Positions 50,905-62,695 of a stretch of 64,000 bases of DNA are shown in pieces (the first letter of the stretch is position 1; every line of letters begins with the position of its first letter). Origin of the DNA: Mytilus trossulus. Taxonomy: Eukaryota. The stretch spans positions 24,118,001-24,182,000 of the forward strand of contig NC_086379.1 in assembly GCF_036588685.1 (NCBI RefSeq). Direction: 5' to 3'. Made by a program: the position numbers and the translations under genes. Under the pieces are notes generated by a model. That model saw only the letters and a program-made list of their open reading frames with translations, was not told the origin of the DNA and did no database searches.

Positions 50905-51530
50905 TGGCGAACCAAGATGTTATGCCACAAACATGAGGTGTTCGACAATAAATGTCCCTTCAGTGATGTTAGGAATCGAAACGGTATTTGGAAGGCCATA
51001 TAATTTACCCTCAATTTAAGATAGAATCTTGAATTTTAAGAGTCAATACAGGATGAACAGATCATATAAACCGGAGGGAAAATATGATACTAGCCCAAAC
51101 GAAGAAATATAAATAAGTCAATATTGAAAACTACGTTCAAATTAATTTCGTTGGATTAAAACCGCAATTGTTAACCCTGATGACTGCTATTGGCGTTTGC
51201 CAAAAAAAAAATTGATCACAAGATGTAACAAAATGGATTTTAATCTAAATTTAAAACTAATAGGAAAACAATAAACTTGTGGCCAATTTGTGTTGCCACA
51301 AACTTGAGTTGTCAATATTTTTGTACATCAGATCCGGATTTCGACAATAAATGTCTCTTCAGTGATGTTAGGGATCGAAACGGGATTTGGAAGGCCATAC
51401 AATTTACCCTCAATTTAAGATAGACTTTAAATTTTAAGAGTCAATATAGGATGAACGCATCATATAAACCATCGGGGAAATATGATACAAGCCCAAACGT
51501 AAAATATAAACAAGTCTAAATCGAAAACAA
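50905..51530 (-). mobile_element. Second retrozyme-like family, ~1.5 tandem units, directly 3' of the fucosyltransferase CDS
   Basis: Homologous to 27990-28905; hammerhead at 51325-51368 and a truncated one near 50941-50970 (399-nt spacing). Confidence 0.8.
51325..51368 (-). ncRNA. Minimal type I hammerhead ribozyme, core intact
   Basis: ACAUCA-CUGAAGA-GACA uuuau UGUC-GAAA-UCCGG-AUC^UGAUGU; helix I fully Watson-Crick. Confidence 0.88.
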
Positions 51531-51558
51531 TAGAAAAAAAAGCAGAAGACCATTTCAT

Positions 51559-52707
51559 TTAATTTTCTGTTTTTATCGTTATTTCATCATCAGACAAGCA
51601 CACATCTTTACGGTACCAGTCGTTATAATTTTTACCAGTCCATGTCAGGTTTCTCGTTTTATATGTATTCATTAATTCACATAAATCACACATTGCTCTC
51701 CAATAATTTTTTTCATTGTCTATATGATATTTATCAGTTTCTTTTAGATACGATATATATTCATTTTCATTTGATGCAAGTTTTAATAAATATTCGGCTA
51801 GATGTTTCGGACTGTCGAAATCAGAAACATCTATATAGGTTTTTGGAGGTAGAATCGATTTTACATTCGGAGCTGTTCTGGCTACATATATTGCATTACT
51901 ATTGTCTAGAAAGGTGTGGAAAACTTTCTCGGTTACATAATCTTTGCACAAACTATTTTCAAATCCTAAGTAAAATTTATAATTTTGAGACAAAAGTTCG
52001 TGACAGGCTGGCATACCTTCTACGGGACAAGGGGCTTTACCACATCGTCCATAAATATCAACACTAATATATTTTTCCATCTCCGAGACGTACTCGCGAC
52101 GTTTTGCCCCTGAGCCGCAATTGCTTACCGCCCAAGCAACCAATTTAGTTTTGTTTTTAAAAATCTCGTGGTAATTTTTATCTAAAGGCTGAGTCCTCCT
52201 AAAGGTTTCATAGTTCAACAGAATTTCACTGTCCTGTCTGTAAGTCATGCTCCAATCAAACTTCTTGTCCCACACGTGACTTAAATCTGAATCTGAAGCA
52301 GGGCTTTCAATATTGACAATCACCCAAATTTGACCATCTTTTTTTACTGGAACGTTGCTCCACATATCTCGATATGCAAATAAAACTGCTTCGCTGGTAT
52401 TAAGCTTTTTCTTGTCCTCAGTCAAAATACAATTTGTATATCTACACTCGGTGAAATTAAAACTTCCTTTGAAATAGGGTTGCTTTGCATACCACAGAAT
52501 ATGTATGTCTGGCTTAGTTTTGTTTTGGATTTTGGAAGTTGATGTAGCTTGTTCACTCATGTTACCTAATTCCACAAAGAATGATCTGAAATAAGATGTT
52601 GTTTGGGGATCTGGACGCAAAATCGTGATAATTTGCCTTTGTTCTAGCAGCACTAGTACTGCACCGATAAAAAATATGAAACAGTAAATAAAAAGTTTCT
52701 TCTTCAT
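51559..52707 (-). CDS. Alpha-(1,3)-fucosyltransferase (GT10), type II Golgi membrane protein, 382 aa, intronless CDS
   Basis: MKKK followed by a hydrophobic TM segment; NIESP, FDWSMTYRQDS, AWAVSNC, DIYGRCG, the alpha3-FucT motif YKFYLGFENSLCKDYVTEK, and CDLC; splice acceptor cag| at 52716-52718 just upstream of the ATG. Confidence 0.93.
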   Translation of the reverse strand: MKKKLFIYCFIFFIGAVLVLLEQRQIITILRPDPQTTSYFRSFFVELGNMSEQATSTSKIQNKTKPDIHILWYAKQPYFKGSFNFTECRYTNCILTEDKKKLNTSEAVLFAYRDMWSNVPVKKDGQIWVIVNIESPASDSDLSHVWDKKFDWSMTYRQDSEILLNYETFRRTQPLDKNYHEIFKNKTKLVAWAVSNCGSGAKRREYVSEMEKYISVDIYGRCGKAPCPVEGMPACHELLSQNYKFYLGFENSLCKDYVTEKVFHTFLDNSNAIYVARTAPNVKSILPPKTYIDVSDFDSPKHLAEYLLKLASNENEYISYLKETDKYHIDNEKNYWRAMCDLCELMNTYKTRNLTWTGKNYNDWYRKDVCLSDDEITIKTEN

Positions 52708-55097
52708 ATGAATACCTGCAACGTGAAAATAAGCTATTAATATACTTAGTATTTACATAAGAAATATGGTTCATGAAATTCGGAAAAGCCAGAAAATACA
52801 TGAATAGTGCTTTGAATGCATTATCTGTCCCTGAATATAAGTTTGGTAATGTTTAAAAGGCTACATGACTTTATTGGTTGTTTTTGGCTTTGTACTAGCT
52901 TTATTGACTGAGATTATCGATTCATTTTGCGTTTGTTTTTTTTGTGCTTCGTTTCTATTCGATGTGTAAATCTATCTCTAACTGATTTGAACGGTTTGTT
53001 CTTATGTTGTGCTTTTATGCCATTGTCCCAGATTCATGTGGGTGGTAAGTGCCCATAAACATGTGTGAGCCTGTGCATGTCACAGGTCGGAGGTCTGAAC
53101 GTCAGTATTTGTTGTTGCTTGGGGTCTGTATAATTTTATTGTTTCATTAATGTTTTGTCAAAAATCTGGGCAAACATATTTATGTTTAAATCGTTTAAAT
53201 CGTTTCACATTTTGTCAATTTGGTCCTTATAGACATATATTGTATAGGTTGCTCATTGTTGAAAGCCGAACAATGAGCTCATCATTTTGAGTAGTATGTT
53301 GAGTGTTTGTTTTATTAGCAATCATATCACATCTCATTGTATTAAATGCATAAAATTAGTTCCTCAAATTCTGTCAAATTTATGCATTCGCCTAACGATT
53401 TTGTTCTTAATTTCCATCGCATGATTAGCTTGATCTGTTTTAGAGTTTATCGAATTTAGTTAAGACAAAAAAAGAGCACGATCTATTTTTAGAATCCCTG
53501 GAAAAAAATGACCATTACTGCCTACATATATTTAATAAAGTCTACAAATCAGAGATGAAACACATTCCACTCCCATAACATTGAGAATTGAAATTGGAAT
53601 GTGTTTTTCCCGCTGCAAATGTTTGCACCTGTCCTAAGTCAGGAATCTGATGTACAGTAGTTGTCGTTTGTTTATGTAATATATACGTGTTTCTCGTTTC
53701 TCGTTTTGTTTATATAGATTAGACCGTTGGTTTTCCCGTTTGAATGGTTTTACACTAGTAATTTTGGGGCCCTTTATAGCTTTTTGTTCGGTGTGAGCCA
53801 AGGCTCCGTGTTGAAGGCCGTACTTTAACCTATAATGGTTTAATTTTTAAATTGTTATTTGGATGGAGAGTTGTCTCATTGGCACTCACACCACATCTTC
53901 CTATATCTACTTAGAGACAAAACTGCGACCAAAAGGGCCACCAAATAGTCTTCAGCACAGCGAGAAAAAAAATTACACACCCGGAGTCGGTCTTCAGTTG
54001 GCCAATAAACAATCATATGTACTGTTCGGTGAACTTCTCTTATCGCAAGCACTTTGCATGCAATAAGATATGAAAGTTTCTCTGCGCGACAAGCACATTA
54101 AATCCTCCCCTCAAGACCCTCCGATCTCTGATCCGTGGTGTGAACAATGCGATTTATGTTCTGGACAATGCATGGATCGTCATTTAATACTGCAACGGTT
54201 CAAATCACCCAGTAGATCATGTATGTAACATGAAACTGGTATAGAATAAAAAAAAAAAACATTCCAGCCGAACAAATGCACTCATTGTAAAATCATAGTT
54301 AATATTAGAATATTTTACAGAGTGTCATGGAACGGACAACGGTTTTAAGGTTAATGGTTATGTATGTAACACCCAAGTATACAACACAATCATATATTTG
54401 ATTTTTGAATTAACACGAATGTCAATTAAAACGTAAATAAACATACCTTAATTGGAATATGTGTGTTTTAAACTACACTCTATACTCATTCATACAAATA
54501 CAATGTTTTGTTTATTTATTTATAACTTTAATGTTAAAGGACACAAATTCTTCCTGTTAAAACTAGATATTTAAGCATTCCCCGGTACATTATGTTTTTC
54601 CTGGTATGTAAATGACATAATTATTATACTAAGTGCAGTTTAGCTTTGAGAGTTTAAATGTCATAATAGTATGACTTGTATAATTGTATTCATTCGTCCA
54701 AAATATTTAGTGATGTTGAAATTACTGAATACGCTGAACACGTATCTTTGTGGAGGAGGCATGTTTGCTTTCTTAATACACTGGTGAAAACAAATAACAT
54801 GATTATGTTTGCTTCTGTTGCTGTTTATAAAATTGATAATGCATTTCCTTGTAATGCATGTAATGCGGGCAAATGCAAAAATGGGTTGTTAACGTGTTTT
54901 ATGAGAATTTAAACCTCCATCATAAACCTAGTCAAATTGAATATGGATAAAACATACACTTGTCTCATTGGCACTCACACCACATCTTCCTATATCTATA
55001 TACATCAATACGCTAACTAAAACTCAGTTAAAAAGAAATCCTAGTCCGATGTTAGAAAGAGTAACCGAAGATAATAAACAAAAAGTACCATTTAAAC

Positions 55098-55240
55098 CAT
55101 CTTCGCTAGCCAAGGGTTACGGTCAACTCCCGCTCTCTTCATCTTCGCTAGCCAAGGGTTACGATTAACTCCCGCTCTCTTCACGAGAGGCTCTCTTCAC
55201 GAGAGCGGGAGTGGGTCGTAACCCTTGGCTAGCGAAGATG
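55098..55240. mobile_element. Tiny palindromic foldback element with a duplicated left arm
   Basis: catcttcgctagccaagggttacg..actcccgctctc twice, then its reverse complement; 7/9 flanking match catttaaac/cctttgaac. Confidence 0.8.
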
Positions 55241-55583
55241 CCTTTGAACTGGCAGTTACTGATCTCCTGAATTCAATAAATATAGAATATAAGTTCGAAA
55301 AACTCCTTTATATATGAAATTGTAGATCTAATGTATTTCATAACTTTTCAGTAAGCAAAAACAAAAATATAAAATTCTGACATGTCTCTGTGTAACATTT
55401 TCGAATATTCTTATAGCATATCTATCAATAATTTAGATATATAAGATAATAACCTATTAAACAGAAACCGATAGAAAAAGATCTAAAAAAAAATCATTTA
55501 TTTTAAATCATAAAATTGTTGAACGCTCGACCGAAACAAATGCGTGGTTTGATGATTTTAAAAACTTAATCAAAATTAAATTA

Positions 55584-55686
55584 TGTAAATTACAATATGA
55601 TACTATCATATATATTTGTAAATTACAATATGATATTATCATATATATTTGTAAATTACAATATGATACTATCATATATATTTGTA
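55584..55686. repeat. Minisatellite, 33 bp x 3
   Basis: tgtaaattacaatatgatactatcatatatatt; each unit contains the palindrome atatgata-c-tatcatat. Confidence 0.9.
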
Positions 55687-58029
55687 CATATGCATGAGTG
55701 ATCTGTAGCTAGATACAATCCGCTGGGAATCTACCTGTTAGATCGCGTGATACAAGTATCTAGAAAACATGATCACTAATATACTATTATCTTCCCTCGC
55801 TAGAAGGAAGTTGACATGCATAAATACATGTATCAACGACATTTATATTGTTTGCCTTATACAGTATATTTATTTGCAATATTGCATGTATTTTTAAATT
55901 TAAATTTGTCGACGGAGTCAAAAATCGGTTAAATGATAAATGTCTATTGTAAAACTGTTTGAATTGGTTCCTTGAGTTTCAGAGAAGAAGATTTTTGTAA
56001 AAGTTAACGATGACGGAAGACATACGCTAAGTGATGAGAAATGCTCTCTTGGCAATTTATACCAGACGAGCTAAAAATCAACAAACAAATGCATACAACA
56101 AAAAACATGTTGTAACTTTCAAAGTTAATTGGTCCAATACATCTGAAGCACGACGCCAGGTGCCGGTAAAGGCCTGACAACCGCTCTGGTAGAGGCCCCG
56201 TCCAGGAGGACCTAGGTACCAGGACATGGAGCCAATAGACGTCCCGGCGGATCGCTAGTTGGCATCGTTTATGGTCAGAACTACGACGGTATCTGATCGT
56301 CTTCGAACCTCTTGACTAATGAAAACATGCTTGGCAAATGCTTTCGCAGCTGCTGCCACTATCAATGTTTTTTTTTATATGAAAAACTTGAAGGAAAAAA
56401 AGAGAACTGTGAGTAGACAATTCCCTTCCTCCTGGTCCAAGTCTAGTCCTCTAATAACATTACTATTTTTACTATTTCTATTTTCTGTTCTGATATTTTT
56501 CTAATATCTATGTGCCACTCGAGGACTTCGCATTAAAACAAAATAAGAATAAAAGCATCAGTATAAAACGTTAAAAATTGAATAAGTCATCTGTTATAGG
56601 ACTAGGTTCAAGTCCAACCATGTTCGAGAAAAAGAGAATGATATTGTATTCCATCCAAGTCCGTTAAAGGTTTTGTTAGAAGTTTTCTTTGACGGTTGTC
56701 ACTTCAAACAATCCATTAAAAAAACTTTGATAGTGAAAACGGGTCTTAAAATGAGAAAAAAATAGACATACTTTGTACTAGTCTGAGATAACTCTGACGT
56801 CCAAACGGCTGAATGACGATTGGTTGCTTGATTGTTGAATGCATAACGTCCAGTGGCAAATATTCCATACTGGAGAGGTAAAGAGATCGCCATTGGAAAG
56901 TGTATAAGTTAACTTCAGTTTATACAGAAGTCAGTGGATTTGTAAAACTAATAGTTAGAACTATAAAGTAGTTCTGACGTCAGAGAAATGGGTTAATTAT
57001 AATGTCATACAAGTATACAAGATTTATTTTATAAACTGGTCTATCTAAGTACAATAATTATTTGAACATATTTGTATCACTCTATCATATGTTTCATAAA
57101 AATCGATATACATTACTTGAAGTTAAGCGTGTACTTAGGTGAGTATAAGGAATGTTTGGAAAATGTTTGTGTTTCTCTACGATAAAGGATAAAATGTCTT
57201 GCCCCATGACACGAATTGTTTTCGTTTCACATAAGATTTCAAATACCTAAAAGGTAATTTACTATAATTAAAATATATTCTAGGTTCTTTTCTTTTGAGA
57301 CACAAATAATAACAATGCATATATAAGATTAAAGTCAAAGTCAGCCTTTGTCCGCTTAAAAAAGATACATGTATATAGAAAGGGAGCTCCAAAACTTATT
57401 TATATTTTACTTATTTTTCCTTTTTTTTATTTAGGTCGTGTATAAATATACCCCATTAGATACGCTTTGGCCATATATCATGAAAGTCAAATTTACATGA
57501 AATATTTCTGACTGAACTTGCCCAATTCAATTTGTCGTTAGGTTTTGTTAAATGAACTGTTCAACGCGTCTTCATAACATGCTGTCAATATACAGTTATC
57601 AATAATATAACATTTCAAACCAAAACCGAATCATTTTTACATTTTAGGAGGATCTATATGGGGGTTTACAATATAGTGAATATTGGACCAATATTACAGA
57701 AAATGGGCAAAAAGATAAAGGGTAGAAATCATAGGCCAAAAATTAAAAAAATATACAGACTTATGGGCAGTTCGAACATAGAAAATATGGACAAAATGTA
57801 CTAAAAAAACCAAACATCTGATCTTAAAAATGTTGTTTATAAATAACATAATGCAGGACCCCTATTCAGGTCCTCATATACACGATATGAAATTTATATA
57901 AATTGAATTTGTTGTCCTAATATAATATTGCCGTTTTCAATTTCATTATGTCGTGTCGTTATCTCTTCAATTCAACCCAAGCGAAAATAAGATGTAAATA
58001 ATGACAAGTTATAACATTTTCTCTAAATT

Positions 58030-58280
58030 GATATAGGAAGATGTGGTGTGAGTGCCAATGAGACAACTCTCCATCCAAATAACAATTTAAAAAGTAAACC
58101 ATTATAGGTCAATGTACGGCCTTCAACACGGAGCCTTGGCTCACACCGAACAACAAGCTTTAAAGGGCCCCAAAATTACTAGTGTAAAACCATTCAAACG
58201 GGAAAACCAACGGTCTAATCTATATAAACAAAACGAGAAACGAGAAACACGTATATATTACATAAACAAACGACAACAAA
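58030..58280 (+). repeat. High-copy interspersed repeat (Helitron/HINE-like family); inverted copies at 53608-53910, 50020-50225 and 63500-63615, plus shorter ends elsewhere
   Basis: taggaagatgtggtgtgagtgccaatgagacaactctccatcc... recurs at least 8 times in the window. Confidence 0.8.
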
Positions 58281-61200
58281 TTGCATATTCTCAGTTTTAT
58301 AAGTAAAACCGTTTGATCAAGATAAAACCGTATTAATGTACCTAACGAAACCTCTTTCTTGTTAGTCACTTAAACACTAGCGACATGTAACAATGACTGA
58401 TTATATCAAAAGATAGGATATTACATGTTTTAAGTGTACATTTATCTCAAACTTCTTACGTTATCAGTGTTTTATTCAAATCAATATTTATGTTTTGTCA
58501 AAAAAGATAAAACTGTACTCGGATGTTCATTTCTGGTTTTTCAATTTTTATTTAAAAACTAAATTTAAAACCTTTTTTATTGTCATTATACAGTTTATAA
58601 CGATGTAATATATATTCCGTTTGAAATCGATCTTGTCCTGTTATGGTCATTGGTTATGAGGGGAACAAAGGAAAACAAATATTTAAAAATAATCTAAATA
58701 AAGAAATACTTAAGGAACTGAGGACAGGGGACTCTTGATTTCTTTATATAAGTATATAAATAGATTGTTTGCTTTTTTACTTATATATATACGTTTTATA
58801 GGTTATCCTGTGGTTTTGTTTTTGTCTTTTTTTGTGTACGTTTGAATTCATATACATATTGTTCATACGTTACCTTTATGTACAAAAAATGTATGTTTAT
58901 GTCACAAATCTTTTTTAAAATGATTTGTATGGCAATAAAATTAAAGTGAAGTTATTAAAAGTTATTTACAATGTAAAACAATACGTACTCTAGTCAATCT
59001 TATTTCTGTGACAATAAGTGTAATGAGGGATTACACGAATAGACATTTCATACACTAATTACTAAATGTAGGTCACATGGTTTACGGTTCCCATGCACCT
59101 GTGCGTAGGAACTATTTCATTTCAACTACTTCTTTTATTTCCTGAATGTTCTTTTTTGGCCGGTCCCGATTAGATGGTGTTACATCTTACAAAGTCTAGC
59201 CAAATTATTTTTGCAAAAGTAATTCCACTCAAACCGGTGCTAGGGCCTGTCATAAATATGTGGGGAGGTGAAAGTGAAAGTTTCTTTTGCTCATTGTTGA
59301 ACGACTTACTCTGACGCTGTTCCTTTGTTTATTGTGTGTTGTTTCAGCGGCTAGTCACATCTTTTTGACGATTATTAAGATAATAATACATGTAGCATTG
59401 ATGCATATTTGTCAATTATATAATAATATAACTGGTCTTCGCAATGTTAGGCGGTGTTGTCGTAGAAAAGTACGAGTTCCAGTCCTGTTTGGGAGGAATT
59501 TAAGAATCAGATTGACTATTTTTTTCTTAGGTTTATTTACTAGGCATTTAAGATATATGCATGTATATAAGACAGCAAATTATGAAAAGTGATTAATAAC
59601 GTCCAGCGGCAAATATATCATGCGCATCAAAGACGATAAATGATGATATTAAAGGGGCATTAACTGTCAAATTCGTGATCACCGATTTGACTCAAATTCT
59701 TGTATTTGATTTATTACAGTATATGTTCCTAACGGAATAAATGGTATATAATATGTGTTCCAACAGGAATAGGCATTATGACATTGTTTATAACAAAGTT
59801 AGGCGGAACAAATATACATTGACATTAAGACCAACAAGACTGATATATCCCACTTAACCCAGGCTCTTAAATTTAGCTTTGCTGTTTAAGATGCATTACA
59901 ATATACGTGTAAATAACTTTAGGTATACGAACCTGTTCCTGATATTTTCATAAATTTATGAATTATGAGTGACTACATAATGACAATTCTAATAGATTGG
60001 TGTGAATTTAAGTACTTTTAAAAGATATATTGACAAAAGGATTGCTCATCCGATATAGATAACCTTGCATTGCTTTTGGGTGTACAAGCATGAATAATCA
60101 ACGTATTGCAATTTGAAACCAGTTAAAATATTTATTTAAATTCAGCATTTAGCTCCTTTGTTTGGCCTACAAGACGCATATGTAGCTTTTTACCAATTGT
60201 TACTAATTTGTCTAATAAGTGATACGATAACAGAGTTAATTAACCATACCGCTTTCATAAATTTAAAATAAATTATCTAAACGGGAAAAAATATGATTTA
60301 TTAAATTCTCCCTCGCCCTGCTCGTCCGAATTTAAAGTATTTCTACTCTAAATTCAATTAGGCTTTAAACAAAACAAACACATAAATAGAGTTAGTTGCT
60401 CGCAGTAACATTATTATCTTCTCTTGCGATACAAATTTTATTTCACTCTATAATACAAGTTTCTTCGATACAAACAACATAATATAAATACATGTAATAA
60501 ACATAGCAGCCATTAATGTGACTAACTTCGTACTATACGACCTAACTGCGAGCACCTTCGATACTAATACATTTAAATGCCAAACTTTATATAGTACCCC
60601 ACCCGTAGAAACCGCCAAAACTTTTCTCGTGCTTTGTACACGTAACATCAGACTTTATAAATAGTACATACTCCTGCAGAACTAGTTCTAAAACTAGTTA
60701 CACTAATTCCCATCTATATATAATAACTACAAATACCTAAAGGGAAAACCCCAATTTCAAACGAAATGAAATATATAAAACCTTGGCCTGTGATAAAGGA
60801 AGTTTAAATATATGTGTCATTACTTTATAGCTTCAATTGATTGTACTTATCTCATAAAAACAGAAAATAGTTTTTAATTTTTATAACTAGACTGTAATAT
60901 ATTATGAACTAATTTGAAAATCAACAAAAGTCATAATATGACACTAGATTGAATTATTAAACATAAGTTAAATAAGAATAAAGAATGTGTACTACCTGTA
61001 AATTCGGACGAGATAAGTCCCTTATCTTATTTACAAATCACACCTACATACACACATTGCACATTTTACCTTAGGTTTTTGAAATATATATGTTTAAATC
61101 CTGTCCTTTTTTTCACCTGAGTGCACTAAAATTTTATCTAAAAGACTGTAATTAGACTGGAAAGATGACTGATATAGACTCTGCAAATAAAGTCAAGGAT

Positions 61201-61674
61201 CGTGTTATCCTTTTTGGTTAATAAACAAACTGTTTTGATGGGGAAGTAATTTTTTTTGGAAAAGGGGGTGTCAACAAAGAGAGAGCCAACTGGTTCAAGC
61301 ATATTGGCTTTGTTGCTTAAGGGTTTGGAAAAATCAAAAACGCATTTTTCTTACTTTTATTTTACATCACCTCTATTTTTAAAAGTTTCATATTTTTTTG
61401 TTTTATTGCAAACTACTAAAATAGTTTGTCACAGTGATATAAATTATAAGCGTGCTTAAACGTTTTGATAACATTTCGGCTTTTGACGAAGAATGAACTT
61501 TTTGGAAAAATTATAAATAACATGATACAAAAAAACTGCGATTTTAACTGATTTTGGCAAAATTTTCTAGTCACCGAAAACGGTATGCATGTAGCAGTAA
61601 CAGTTTTTAAAACAAAACATAACTTTTCTCAACAAACCATAAACTACTTTTATGTTAAAATTAAATCGTTTGCT

Positions 61675-62695
61675 TAATATCCTAACATAACTATACCATA
61701 ACAACCCCCAAAATACAAACAAAAAAACGTGTCTGGCGTACAAAATTATAAGCCTAGAATCTTTATCTAGCCAATTATCTGTTAGTTTAAACATATTGTA
61801 TTTGCATAAACACAAGTTGGATGAGACACAAGTCAAACAGACTTAGTAGTCTAATCCATTTAACATATTTTACAATAAAATATATGATATTAGAGCCTTC
61901 ATTTAAAGCATGTAAACATTACCTGTTTTTTCAACATTTCTATAAATTGTATCTTACTTACAAGAGGTAATCGCCAAAAAATACCGGTTAAGAGGTAAAC
62001 GACTTCTCAGAGCCGTAAGTTGGAACGGCTCTGAAAATTTGTTTATCTCTCAACCGGTTGTTTTGGCAAATATCTCTTGTAAGCATGATATATTTGTATA
62101 AAAATTCAAATGGTGCAGCAGATAATCAAAAAGAATACGTAAATACAAAAAAAACACCATAAAAACCAACAACAAAATAACCAAACCCACTGACTATAAA
62201 TGATTAACTATCTTAACAACAAACCTGTAAGAAACTTAATATTTTGATATATAATAGTATACTTTTAAAAATTGTGACTGTGATGAGATAATTGTCTCAT
62301 TGGTACTCATACCACATCTTCTTACATCTATTAAACACATATTTAAAGATTATTCATATTGCTACTAATTCAGTATTTTCACTGAGATTTTACGCTATTT
62401 AATCCTCAAAACAATTTTTTTGTACATGTTCTGAATTAACTTCTTTGCGTTGGAATTAAAAGTTATTAACGTTTCTTTAAGGATGTACTTTGGTGAAATA
62501 AAACATTATATAATATCCTAACATAACTATATCATAACAACAACAACAACAACAACAACAAAACAACACACACACACAAAAAACCGCGTCAAACGTACAC
62601 AATTATAAGCCTAGCATATATAAAGCCAATTATCTGTTAGTTTAAACATATCGTATTTGCATAAATCACAAGTTGGAGGAGACACAAGTCAAACA
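61675..62695. repeat. Diverged direct repeat (~165-185 bp, ~835 bp apart)
   Basis: taatatcctaacataactata...gagacacaagtcaaac at ~61675-61840 and ~62511-62695. Confidence 0.8.

Noticed and set aside
51642-52067. 141-aa antisense ORF within FUT (also 4407-4724, 8011-8328, 3693-3905 and 7297-7509)
   Set aside because: These are shadow ORFs of real coding sequence on the other strand, with no motifs.
55584-55686. 33-bp palindromic repeats as a CRISPR array
   Set aside because: The units are contiguous with no spacers, and there are no cas genes; this is a minisatellite.
56140-56500. GC-richer island as a possible exon or viral fragment
   Set aside because: No convincing ORF, splice pair or motif; left unassigned.
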